Notes: generated from the letters alone by a model not told the origin. A stretch of 64,000 bases of DNA from Eledone cirrhosa (GCA_964016885.1 OZ024740.1:321160001-321224000), one strand, 5' to 3'; counted from the first letter of the stretch, positions 42,601 through 57,300 are shown. Made by a program: numbers and translations.

Positions 42601-45600
42601 AAGACAGACACTTTTCTCTTCGGCCAATCCCTCATCAACTTTTTCAAGTTTCACTTGGAAAGGAAGGTGAGGGTGGAGAGAGAAGCGCTGCCCCCCAGTA
42701 CATTTGCTGAAAGGTGGGTGATTGTGGCGAGAATGGCCCGTGTGAGTGGGCCTACTCTGGTCATGCGGCTGTAGGTAGGTAAATTTGAAGAGGAGAGGGG
42801 TGCCCTTCCAGGGTGCTCTCGAAGCGTCGGGTCGTTCAGGACTGGTGGGGTACCTGAGCGAACCCTAGGTGGTCATCCCCCCATTGGGGAATTTTTTCTT
42901 GTTGTAATTTTATTGTTACTTTATTGTTACTTTGTTATTGTTACTTTGTTATTGTTATTCATATTGTTTACTCGATTTTTCTGTAAAACCCCACTGTCCC
43001 AGTCTTTTGTATTGTCCCCTATATGTCGGCCCTTGTGGCCAATAAATGAAATCATTATTATTATTATTATTATTATTTCCATTATCATTTTTATTGCGCA
43101 TCATTAATGCTTTACCGAGCACAGCTCTGTGCGCCTAGGGTATTAACAGTGTTATTTGATATGCTGTGGTAAAGAGAACGTAAAGACAGTAGGCAACTTG
43201 TAATATCAAGATATGTGATATGACTGATATGACTGAGAAGATATATGATATAACTTACAATGGTATCAGCATATATTATATGACTGAGAAGATATATTAT
43301 ATAACTTACAATGGTATCAGCGTATATGATATGACTGAGAAAATATATGTTATAACTTACAATGATATTAGTATATATGATATAACTTACAATGGTATCA
43401 GCATATGTGATAAGTTCGTCTTCAGTGATATCCTTTTCTGTGTTGTTCTGTTTCAGCAGGTGACGGAGAAATTTCTGAAAATATCAACAAAAATAAACAA
43501 TTGTTAGCAACAATAACAACACGACGACAAAAGCCAAAACAACAACACCAACAGCAGCAGCAGCAGCAGTACCAGTAATAACTACAACAGCAGCAATGTC
43601 AACACCAAACACAACAACAACAATCACAACAGCAAAAACAACAACAGCAGCACAAGTAAGAACAATAGCTACAGCAACAACAACACCAAACACAACAACA
43701 GCGACAACAATTTTGGGATTCTATTAATGCTATTGTTATTGTTGTTGTTGATATGTAATAATAATTGTTTCTACTTTAGGCACAAGGCCAGCAATTATCC
43801 CAGTGCATTACTGGTACTTTATTTTATCGACCTCGTAAGGATGAAAGGCAAAGTCAACCTCGGCGGGATTTGAACTCAGATCGTAAAGGGACGTAACTAT
43901 GCTGGAATATGTAATAATAATGAAGTATCTACATTAGTTGTTATTTCTATTGAAGTACGATATAAACTTTATTATTTTGGATTGGCAGTATCGGTAGAGG
44001 GTCGGACACCATGCTTTTCAACATAGTTACGTCCCTTTACGATCTGAGTTCAAATCCCACCGAGGTTAACTTTGCCTTTCATCCTTACGGGGTCGATAAA
44101 ATAAAGTACCAGTAATCCACTGGGATAATTGCTGGCCTTATGCCAAAAGTAGAAACAATTATTTATACGTTTATTATATTAATTTACCAGATTTATGTGA
44201 AATGTAGGCCTCCAATGTTAGTGCTAATCCCAGTCCAGATGTGAAATGTAGGCCTCCAATGTTAGTGCTAGTCCCAGTCCAGATGTGAAATGTAGGCCTC
44301 CAATGTTAGTGCTAATCCCAGTCCAGATGTGAAATGTAGGCCTCCAAAGTTAGTGCTAGTCCCAGTCCAGATGTGAAATGTTGGTTTCCAAAATTAGTGC
44401 TAGTCCCAGTCCAGATGTGAAATGTTGGTTTCCAAAATTAGTGCTAGTCCCAGTCCAGATGTGAAATGTAGGCCTCCAAAGTTAGTGCTAGTCCCAGTCC
44501 AGATGTGAAATGTAGGCCTCCAAAGTTAGTGCTAGTCCCAGTCCAGATGTGAAATGTTGGTTTCCAAAATTAGTGCTAGTCCCAGTCCAGATGTGAAATG
44601 TAGGCTTCCAAAGTTAGTGCTAGTCCCAGTCCAGATGTGAAATGTTGGTTTCCAAAGTTAGTGCTAGTCCCAGTCCAGATGTGAAATGTTGGTTTCCAAA
44701 ATTAGTGCTAGTCCCAGTCCAGATGTGAAATGTAGGCTTTCAAAGTTAGTACTAGTCCCAGTTCAGATGTGAAATGTAGGTCTCTAAAGTTAGTACTCGT
44801 CCCAGCCCAGATGTCAAATGTAGGCTTCCAAAATTAGTGCTAGTTCCAATACAGATGTGAAACGTAGGCCTCCAAAGTTATGCTAGTTCCAGTCCAGATG
44901 TGAAATATAGGCCAGTGCAAAGCTGGTAATATGGCCGGACCAGATGTGAAATATAAAACCCCAAAGCTAGTGATAGTTCCAGACTAGATCTGAACTATAG
45001 GCCTGTGCAATGTTGGTACTAGGTCTAGATCATGTGAAATGTAAACCTCCAGACCTGGTAATAGGCCCAGTCCAGATATTTAAATTACCCTCACTTTAAA
45101 CCTCTATGCAACCAGTCATAAATACATTTGATTTATTTATGGGTTACAGGGCTATATACATGGACATGTATTGTATATGATGTAATAAGAAGAGTTGAAA
45201 TTAACGCATGCAAGATTTCACAGCTCTAACATCACTCCTTTTCAATCAGCCTATGAAGTTTTCAGCCCATTCTCGTATTTACATGGAGCAGAATACAACA
45301 AACGAATTAGAATTGTTGTTGCTGCTGTTGTTGTTGTTGTTGTTGAAGATGATGATGATGATCTCAACTAAAGTATTGATTATATCTTGTCTGTTATGTC
45401 TGTTATATATTTTCAATGACCACAGTCTGATATATATGGGTGGTTTCTTGGTCCCACAATAAAACATTGTATATAGGTGATAGATTCATTGCCATCAGAC
45501 TGTGGTCATTGAAAATATATAACTGACATAACAGACAAGATATAATCAATACTTTAGTTGAGAATATCATCATCATCATCATCATCATCAACAGCAACAA

Positions 45601-46694
45601 CAATAACATCATCATCATCATCGTTTAACGTCCATCTTCCACGCTAGCATGGGTTAGACGGTTTTGTTCCATTTGATGCGGGATTGGTTGGGAGACCGTG
45701 TCTCGCTCGTGCGGCAGTGTCTCTGGCTGGATGCCCTTCCTAACACCAACCACTTTTACAGTGTGGACTGGGAGCCTTTTTACCATGTCTCCTAGACGAC
45801 CACTTTACAGTGTATATACGAGGTGTGTCAGAAAAGTTCCAGGACTGATGCCACAAAAGATTTATTTCAAACCCAAACCTCACACTAAGAGTTTTCTCCT
45901 TCAAAGTAATCCCCCTGGAGTATGTAACTGTAATCTTAGCTCTCTGCAGCGATCAAACTTTTTTCTTCATAATTTTATATACATGTCCTCTGTTTCAGGT
46001 CGTCAAGCAATGAGCACAGAGCAACGAACTAACTTGAAGTTTCTGGTACGGCTGGGGAAAACTCCGTCAGAAGCACTGGGATTGCTGCAGCTAGTGTATG
46101 GAGATGAGACGATGTCACGCTCACATGTTTTTGAGTGGTGCAAGATGACCGCAGGAGCGGAAGGCTCTCAACAACCAGGACTGAGGTCAACGTTGAGCGC
46201 GTCAGGCAGATGGTACGTAGCGATCGTCGGCTGACTGTTCGACTGATGGCAAATGAGCTGGGCATGAATCGGGACAGCGTCTGAAAGATTCTCACTGAAG
46301 ATTTGGACATGCGGAAAGTCTACGCGAAGATGGTGACAAAACTGCTGAACGATAACTAGAAGGGTCGACGCATGCAAGTGTGCCAGGACATCCTCGAGCG
46401 TCTTGAAACCGAACCAGACTTGCTAGGGACAGTCATCACCGGTGATGAGTCATGAATCTTCGAGTACGACCCGGAGGAGACCCGTTTTGAAGACGTGGAC
46501 GACATCAAAAAGGCCGTGACGACAGAACTGCGGAGGATCCCGGAAGAATCCTTCCAGGAGTGCATGCAAGCGTGGCAGAAAAGGATGGAAAAGTGCACTA
46601 GACACCAGGGGGATTACTTTGAAGGAGAACACTCTTAGTGTGAAGTTTGGGTTTGAAATAAATCTTTTGTCCTGGAACGTTTCTGACACACCCC

Positions 46695-46730
<36 letters not shown>

Positions 46731-46928
46731 CGAAGGAAATGTGGTAAGGAACCAGGTGGACCATAACGCACCAAAGTACTCAATACTTGAGGTAGTAGAG
46801 TGGGTAATAGGAACCAGTAAGACCCCGACAGCTGAGCTCAAGCCGTTTCGACGGCTAATTCTGGACTCATTCAGTCCAGAATTAGCCGTCGAAACGGCTT
46901 GAGCTCAGCTGTCGGCGTCTTACTGGTT

Positions 46929-47000
<72 letters not shown>

Positions 47001-48033
47001 ATTGGAAAATGTGTGAGATCCTTGGTAGAGTTAAGTATATTTGAAAAAAAGGAAAAGAATGACTTCACTTGTAGTGTTAAAAAATTTATGATTTAATGTT
47101 ATAATATAATATTATAACATTAAATCATAAATATTTTAACACTACAAGTGAAGTCATTCTTTTCCTTTTTTCAAATATATATATATATATATATTTCTCC
47201 TCCTGTTCCGTGCTAACCACCATCCTAAACCTTGTTTTTAGTAACCACACAGCTCCTTTCGTTTCATAACTTTTGTATATATATATATGTATATATATAT
47301 ATGTATATATATATATGTATATATATATATGTATATATATATATGTATATATATATATGTATATATATACAAATATAACATTAAATATGTTTGAATTATG
47401 TGCTTCTCAATAAATTAGCTCAATAGACAATATTAAGTCAAAAGTAGAAGTACATAGCGAAAGAAAGAATCATATATCCAGAGATGACACAGTATATTGT
47501 ACATATACTAAATACATATTTCAGAGAAAAACATGTAGTCAAGATGGAATCAAAAGTCACTCTACGGCGCCATTTCGTTAACTGTAAATTGTGATTTAAA
47601 ACCGCTCTATGTGAACGGATATCTTGAGTATATGTTCTTCTCTCTAATATGTATTTAGTATATATATATACAATATACTGTGTCTTCTTTGGATATATGG
47701 TTCTTTCTCCCCCCCCCCCCTCTCTCTCTCTATATATATATATACATATATCTTCTACTTTTGACTATATATATATATATATATATATATGTAGTAATAA
47801 TTGTTTCTACTTTTGGCACAAGGCCAGTAATTACCCAATACATTACTGGTACTTTATTTTATCGACCCCGTAAGGATGAAAGGCAAAGTTAACCTCGGCG
47901 GGATTTGAACTCAGATTGGCAAGGGCCGTAACTCTATGCGTCAAAGCATCGTGTCCGACCCTCTACCGATACTGCCAATCCACCGCAATAATAATAATAT
48001 ATATGCATTATATATATATATATAAATAATACG

Positions 48034-48067
<34 letters not shown>

Positions 48068-48163
48068 CGTGTGTGTATGGGCGTTTGTTTGATCGCACAA
48101 TAAAACAAAATTTATAGGCGGTGGCGTGGTTCCACCATAAAACAATGTATATATACATCTATA

Positions 48164-48201
<38 letters not shown>

Positions 48202-48352
48202 TGTAGGGTGAACCAAAAGCCGCAATACATAGGAAAAAAATCACATTTTTAAGTTTCCACGTAAAGCACGTTATATGAATAAGTTGTTTCTTATAAAAAC
48301 AATTATTTTTCCCATGTATCGCAACTTTTGATTCACACTGTATATATGTATG

Positions 48353-48394
<42 letters not shown>

Positions 48395-51300
48395 CATACC
48401 CCCCCCCACACACACACAGACACACTATAAATATTGTTTATTATGAGACCAAATAGCCGCCCATAAGTATACATTGTTTTTTTTTTATTGTGAGAACATA
48501 TTTAGGGGTCAATGAATTGTAACAGCTTATTTAACATTGGTTGTTTATTTAATGATTTATCTAACAAATATTATCAATTTTAGTTTTCTAAGTGTGACTT
48601 CATGAAATATAGACACAGCTGCAAAGAAAAATTTGGGAGATATTGAATATTGAATATTAAAAAAAAAATCCATTTTGCTGGCATTTTTTGATAATACACT
48701 TTGAAAGTCGAAATATTAAAGTCGGCTTGTATCTTACACAGATGTTACAACAATCTTTTGTTGTATTGTTGCATCTGTTATATATTATATTTTATTGATC
48801 TGTGCAAGAAAAGAAGTGCAGTAAGCGTGTGACATACCACAAGATCAAAGTAATAAATATTTCGTGGTCATCAGCTGTTGTGAACTACACAGTTGAGAAG
48901 ATAAGATCCCACCTCCTCTATAATGGACTGCTCTGATCAGAGGTGGATATAAAATCGTAGTCAATGCACAATAGTCCAATACTTTGTCGACACTGTCATT
49001 TTGCTCCCGATGATGGATCCTCCGTCGGTTTTCAGTGATTAGTACTCAGTTATTCAATCAACTGAACATCCAATCTTAGGAATTAATGTGTAAGTGGTTG
49101 AATATTCCACAGACATGTGTACCCTTAACGTAATTCTCAGGGAGATTCATCCAGACAAAATATGTGACATGATTGGACCTTTGATTTACAAGTACAATCC
49201 ATCCATTAAGCTTCCATATAAATTCTGTCTCTCCAATTTCCGTCACATGGACTTTGGTCATCTAGTTAATGACATTTGACCAAGATGCATAAAATGGAAT
49301 CGAACCCGGGAGATCATGATTACGACGACCCAGTCTCGTGACAAAGTGTCACGCCGAATTTCCCTGAGAATCACCTTGAGGATACGTATGTCTGTAGAAT
49401 GGGCAGTCACTTGCACGCAGGGTTAGATTTAGACATTGGGGGGCCCGGAGCACTGGAGATTTGGAGTGGCCCACATACACAAAAAAATAGAATACGCAAC
49501 AAACCTCCCAATTTTACATATCAAAGTTAGCTTGGCGCAAGTAATTGGAATTGAAAAGTAATATATACAGGTATTAAATTCAAAAATTCTAACCATCCTA
49601 AAATCAAAAATCCCAGTTGAGGGCACAAATGAATTTCTACGGCCGTCGCTGGTGAGGCTCCCAACTGCAGGGGGGCCCGGGACAATTTCCACCCCCTCCC
49701 TTCATTAAATCCGAACCTTGCTTGCAGGTTAATTTCACCAGTAGGCTTTTTGCTGTTAATAGAACAACTGAAATAATCATCGTTGAAACCAACAGAGATC
49801 CATTCCATCCCAGAAAATAACAATAAATATCTTTCACTGAGATGAACATTGTAAGGTTATCGTTGAGTAATTTGAATATTTTCCCCCAGTATATCTGATG
49901 TATCATTTAAAAGTCTAAATATCAAAATATACGTCTAATATGTTATGACATGCATTTGTTTCGTCATATGATTAATTAATTCATTCATTCATATTTATTC
50001 AAAATACAGCATACGACATTTTTTTTTACCAACAGGTATCTTGGTCAGCCTATGAACCTTTCATCCAATCTTCGTATATTAGAAGATTTGAAATAATAAA
50101 TTTAATGTAAAGAAATAAAGAAAACTACATTTCTTGAAAATTAAAAGCGTCGCTGTGAAACAGGGAATAAAGGAAAGTATGTTTACACTTCTTTTTTTTC
50201 ACAGCGGGGCTTCTAATTCAAAAACTGTCATTGGAGCTAAGTTAAATTTACTTTAAATGAAAATATAAGATTGAGAAACTATATGAACCATTGTAGATTT
50301 TTCTATATTTAGTTAGATGATCTCTGCTTTATATTATTCTTTAAAATGTAATTTGGGCCACTGAGGGATCTTTATAGTATAAACAGAGGCGTAAACAAGA
50401 AAAATAGTGCCTATGGCAAGTAGTGAAATTGCGTCCCTGCTCAGCACTCCATTTTTAACTATAGACCTAATAATTCATACAAATAGTTTAGTGATCCAGC
50501 CACTATAGTGCTTCTCATCCATGTTAATCAAAGACAGATCATACATCTCACTCACCGACGATAGCTTATCTGACGAGCCACGCTTGCCATACACTAGTTG
50601 CACCTCTGGGTATGATATAATATACACATGGGCCATTGAGGGGGATCTTTGTGACATATAATATACATATGGGCCATAGAGGTGATCTATGCTGTATAAT
50701 ATATATATTTATTTAATCAATTTAAACGTCCGCATAGAGCTAGTACGCCATGAGAGACTAGGACAAGTATCTAGGTGTTCTTACAGCTGAGAAACCCAAA
50801 ACAAGGTATACAGAGATAAGTGAATATAAAAATAAAACAAAATAAGATAAAATAAATTAAATAGGGAAAGCCAACTGGAGGCAATATAAGCATAGATTAA
50901 AGATAAAGAAAACTTAGGAAACAAGGGAAGCTGTAAAGCAGCTAGGAGGTTCTGTTGTACATGTGGGCCACTGAGGTGTTCTGTGTGGTATGGTATAATA
51001 CACATGTGGGCCACTGAGGTGATCTGTGTGGTATGATATAATATATATGTGGTCCACTGAGGTGTTCTGTGTGGTATGATATAATATACATGTGGGCCAC
51101 TGAGGTGTTCTGTGTGGTATGGTATAATATACATGTGGGCCACTGAGGTGTTCTGTGTGGTATGGTATAATACACATATGGGCCACTGTGGTATTCTGTG
51201 TGGTATGATATAATACACATGTAGGCCACTAAGGTGATCTGTGTGGTATGGTATAATACACATGTGGGTCACTGTGTTGATCTGTGTGGTATGATATAAT

Positions 51301-54300
51301 ATACATGTGGGCTACTGTGGTGTTCTGTGTGGTATGGTATAATACACATGTAGGCCACTAAGGTGATCTGTGTGGTATGGTATAATACACATGTGGGTCA
51401 CTGTGTTGATCTGTGTGGTATGATATAATACACATGTGGGCCATTGAGGTGTTCTGTGCGGTATGATTTAATATTCATGTGGGCCATTGAGGTGATCTGT
51501 GTGGTATGATATAATACACATGTGGGCCATTAAGGTGTTTGTGGTATGATATAATATACATGTGGGTCATTGAGATGTTCTGTATGGTATGATATAATCT
51601 ACATGTGAGCTACTGAGGTGTTCTGTGTGGTATGGTATAATATACATGTGGGATACTGAGGTGTTATGTGTGATATGGTATAATATACATGTGGGCCATT
51701 GTGGTGTTCTGTGTGGTATGGTATAATACACATGTGGACCATTGAGGTGTTCTCTGGTATGATATAATATATATGTGGGCCATTGAGGTGTTCTGTGTGG
51801 TATGATATACTTGTGGGCTACTGAGGTGTTCTGTGTGGTATGATATAATATACATGTGGTCCACTGAGGTGTTCTGTGTGGTATGATATAATATACATGT
51901 GGGCCACTGAGGTGTTCTGTGTGGTATGATTTAATACACATGTGGGCCATTGAGGTGTTCTGTGTGGTATGATTAATATACATGTGGTCCACTGAGGTGT
52001 TCTGTGTGGTATGATATAATATATATGTGGGCCATTGAGGTGTTCTGTGTGGTATGATATACTTGTGGGCTACTGAGGTGTTCTGTGTGGTATGATATAA
52101 TATACATGTGGTCCACTGAGGTGTTCTGTGTGGTATGATATAATATACATGTGGGCCACTGAGGTGTTCTGTGTGGTATGATTTAATACACATGTGGGCC
52201 ATTGAGGTGTTCTGTGTGGTATGATTAATATACATGTGGTCCACTGAGGTGTTCTGAGTGGTATGATATAATACACATGTAGGCCATTGAGGTGTTCTGT
52301 GTGGTATGATATAAAATACATGTGGTCCACTGAGGTGTTCTGTGTGGTATGATATAATATACATGTGGGCCATTTAGGTGTTCTGTGTGGTATGATATAA
52401 TATACATGTGGTCCATTGAGGTGTTCTGTGTGGTATGATATAATATACATGTGGGCCACTGAGGTGTTCTGTGTGGTATGATATAATATACATGTGGGCC
52501 ACTGAGGTGTTCTGTGTGGTATGGTATAATACACATATGGGCCACTGTGGTATTCTGTGTGGTATGATATAATACACATGTAGGCCACTAAGGTGATCTG
52601 TGTGGTATGGTATAATACACATGTGGGTCACTGTGTTGATCTGTGTGGTATGATATAATACACATGTGGGCCATTGAGGTGTTCTGTGCGGTATGATTTA
52701 ATATTCATGTGGGCCATTGAGGTGATCTGTGTGGTATGATATAATACACATGTGGGCCATTAAGGTGTTTGTGGTATGATATAATATACATGTGGGTCAT
52801 TGAGATGTTCTGTATGGTATGATATAATCTACATGTGAGCTACTGAGGTGTTCTGTGTGGTATGGTATAATATACATGTGGGATACTGAGGTGTTATGTG
52901 TGATATGGTATAATATACATGTGGGCCATTGTGGTGTTCTGTGTGGTATGGTATAATACACATGTGGACCATTGAGGTGTTCTCTGGTATGATATAATAT
53001 ATATGTGGGCCATTGAGGTGTTCTGTGTGGTATGATATACTTGTGGGCTACTGAGGTGTTCTGTGTGGTATGATATAATATACATGTGGTCCACTGAGGT
53101 GTTCTGTGTGGTATGATATAATATACATGTGGGCCACTGAGGTGTTCTGTGTGGTATGATTTAATACACATGTGGGCCATTGAGGTGTTCTGTGTGGTAT
53201 GATTAATATACATGTGGTCCACTGAGGTGTTCTGTGTGGTATGATATAATATATATGTGGGCCATTGAGGTGTTCTGTGTGGTATGATATACTTGTGGGC
53301 TACTGAGGTGTTCTGTGTGGTATGATATAATATACATGTGGTCCACTGAGGTGTTCTGTGTGGTATGATATAATATACATGTGGGCCACTGAGGTGTTCT
53401 GTGTGGTATGATTTAATACACATGTGGGCCATTGAGGTGTTCTGTGTGGTATGATTAATATACATGTGGTCCACTGAGGTGTTCTGAGTGGTATGATATA
53501 ATACACATGTAGGCCATTGAGGTGTTCTGTGTGGTATGATATAAAATACATGTGGTCCACTGAGGTGTTCTGTGTGGTATGATATAATATACATGTGGGC
53601 CATTTAGGTGTTCTGTGTGGTATGATATAATATACATGTGGTCCATTGAGGTGTTCTGTGTGGTATGATATAATATACATGTGGGCCACTGAGGTGTTCT
53701 GTGTGGTATGATATAATATACATGTGGGCCACTGAGGTGTTCTGTGTGGTATGATATAATATACATGTGGGCCATTGAGGTGTTCTGTGTGGTATGATAT
53801 AATATACATGTGGGCTACTGTGGTGTTCTGTGTGGTATGGTATAATATACATGTGGGCCATTGAGGTGTTCTGTGTGGTATGATATAATATACATGTGGG
53901 CCATTGAGGTGTTCTGTGTGGTATGATATAATACACATGTGGGCCACTGAGGTGTTCTGTGTGGTATGGTATAATATACATGTGGGCCATTGAGGTGTTC
54001 TGCGTGGTATGATATAATATACATGTGGGCTACTGAGGTATTCTGTGTGGTATGATATAATATACATGTGGGCTACTGAGGTGTTCTGTGTGGTATGATA
54101 TAATATACATGTGGGTTACTGTGGTGATCTGTGTGGTATGATATAATATACATGTGGGCTACGGAGGTGTTCTGTGTGGTATGATATAATATACATGTGG
54201 GTTACTGTGGTGATCTGTGTGGTATGATATAATATACATGTGGGCTACTGAGGTGTTCTGTGTGGTATGATATAATATACATGTGGGTTACTGTGGTGAT

Positions 54301-57300
54301 CTGTGTGGTATGATATAATATACATGTGGGCTACGGAGGTGTTCTGTGTGGTATGATATAATACACATGTGGGCCATTGAGGTGTTCTGTGTGGTATGAT
54401 ATAATATACATGTGGGCTACTGAGGTGTTCTGTGTGGTATGATATAATACACATGTGGGCCATTGAGGTGTTCTGTGTGGTATGATATAATATACATGTG
54501 GGCTACTGAGGTGTTCTGTGTGGTATGATATAATATACATGTGGGTTACTGTGGTGATCTGTGTGGTATGATATAATATACATGTGGGCTACGGAGGTGT
54601 TCTGTGTGGTATGATATAATATACATGTGGGCTACGGAGGTGTTCTGTGTGGTATGATATAATATACATGTGGGCTACTGTGGTGATCTGTGTGGTATGA
54701 TATAATAAACATGTGGGCCATTGAGGTGTTCTGTGTGGTATGATATAATATACATGTGGGCTACTGAGGTGTTCTGTGTGGTATGATATAATATACATGT
54801 GGGCTACTGAGGTGTTCTGTGTGGTATGATATAATACACATGTGGGCCATTGAGGTGTTCTGTGTGGTATGATATAATATACATGTGGGCCATTGAGGTG
54901 TTCTGTGTGGTATGATATAATATACATGTGGGCCATTGAGGTGTTCTGTGTGGTATGATATAATATACATGTGGGCCATTGAGGTGTTCTGTGTGGTATG
55001 ATATAATATACATGTGGGCTAATGAGGTGTTCTGTGTGGTATGATATAATCTACATGTGGTCCAATGAGGTGTTCTGTGTGGTATGATATAATATATATG
55101 TGGGCTACTGTGGTGATCTGTGTGGTATGATATAATATACATGTGGGCTACTGAGGTGTTCTGTGTGGTATGATATAATATACATGTGGGCCACTGAGGT
55201 GTTCTGTGTGGTATGATATAATATACATGTGGGCTATTGAGGTGTTCTGTGTGGTATGATATAATATACATGTGGTCCACTGAGGTGTTCTGTGTGGTAT
55301 GATATAATACACATGTGGGCTACTGAGGTGTTCTGTGTGGTATGATATAATATACATGTGGGCCACTGAGGTGTTCTGTGTGGTATGATATAATATACAT
55401 GTGGGCCATTGAGGTGTTCTGTGTGGTATGATATAATACACATGTAGGCCATTGAGGTGTTCTGTGTGGTATGATATAATACACATGTGGGCCACTGAGG
55501 TGTTCTGTGTGGTATGATATAATATACATGTGGTCCACTGAGGTGTTCTGTGTGGTATGATATAATATACATGTGGGCTACTGTGGTGATCTGTGTGGTA
55601 TGATATAATATACATGTGGGCCACTGAGGTGTTCTGTGTGGTATGATATAATATATATGTGGGCCACTGAGGTGTTCTGTGTGGTATGGTATACTATACA
55701 TGTGGGCCATTGAGGTGTTCTGTGTGGTATGATATAATATACATGTGGGCTATTGAGGTGTTCTGTGTGGTATGATATAATCTACATGTGGGCTACTGAG
55801 GTGTTCTGTGTGGTATGATATAATCTACATGTGGGCTACTGTGGTGATCTGTGTGGTATGATATAATATACATGTGGTCCACTGAGGTGTTCTGTGTGGT
55901 ATGATATAATATATATGTGGGCCACTGAGGTGTTCTGTGTGGTATGGTATACTATACATGTGGGCCATTGAGGTGTTCTGTGTGGTATGATATAATACAC
56001 ATGTGGGCCATTGAGGTGTTCTGTGTGGTATGATTTAATATACATGTGGGCTACTGAGGTGTTCTGTGTGGTATGATATAATATACATGTGGGCCACTGA
56101 GGTGTTCTGTGTGGTATGATATAATATACATGTGGGCCACTGAGGTGTTCTGTGTAGTATGATATAATATACATGTGGTCCATTGAGGTGTTCTGTGTGG
56201 TATGATATAATACACATGTGGGCCACTGAGGTGTTCTGTGTGGTATGATATAATATACATGTGGGCCACTGAGGTGTTCTGTGTGGTATGATATAATATA
56301 CATGTGGGCCACTGAGGTCTTCTGTGTAGTATGATATAATACACATGTGGGCCATTGAGGTGTTCTGTGTGGTATAATATATTACACATGTGGGCCACTG
56401 AGGTGTTCTGTGTGGTATGATATAATACGCATGTAGGCCATTGAGGTATTCTGTGTGGTATGATATAATATACATGTGGGCCACTGAGGTGTTCTGTGTG
56501 GTATGATATAATATACATGTGGGTCATTGAGGTGTTCTGTGTGGTATGATATAATATACATGTGGGCTACTGAGGTGTTCTGTGTGGTATGATATAATAT
56601 ACATGTGGGTCATTGAGGTGTTCTGTGTGGTATGATATAATATACATGTGGGCCATTGAGGTATTCTGTGTGGTATGATACAATATACATGTGGGCCACT
56701 GAGGTGTTCTGTGTGGTATGATATAATATACATGTGGGCCACTGAGGTGTTCTGTGTAGTATGATATAATACACATGTGGGCCATTGAGGTGTTCTGTGT
56801 GGTATGATATAATACACATGTGGGCCACTGAGGTGTTCTGTGTGGTATGATATAATATACATGTGGGCCATTGAGGTGTTCTGTGTAGTATGATATAATA
56901 TACATGTGGTTCATTGAGGTGTTCTGTGTGGTATGATATAATACACATGTGGGCCACTGAGGTGTTCTGTGTGGTATGATATAATACACATGTGGGCCAT
57001 TGAGGTGTTCTGTGGTATGATTTAATATACATGTGGGTCATTGAGGTGTTCTGTGTGGTATGATATAATATACATGTGGTCCACTGAGGTGTTCTGTGTG
57101 GTATGATATAATACACATGTAGGCCATTGAGGTGTTCTGTGTGGTATGATATAATATACATGTGGTCCACTGAGGTGTTCTGTGTGGTATGATATAATAC
57201 ACATGTGGGCCATTGAGGTGTTCTGTGGTATGATTTAATATACATGTGGGTCATTGAGGTGTTCTGTGGTATGATATAATACACATGTAGGCCATTGAGG

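Larger units (their letters stand above)
37124..43050 (+). mobile_element. Full-length Tx1/L1-clade non-LTR retrotransposon, disrupted, antisense in a calbindin intron
   Basis: Two-ORF layout, ends in AATAAATGAA, 15-bp TSD ATCATTATTATTATT at 37109-37123 and 43051-43065. Confidence 0.93.
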
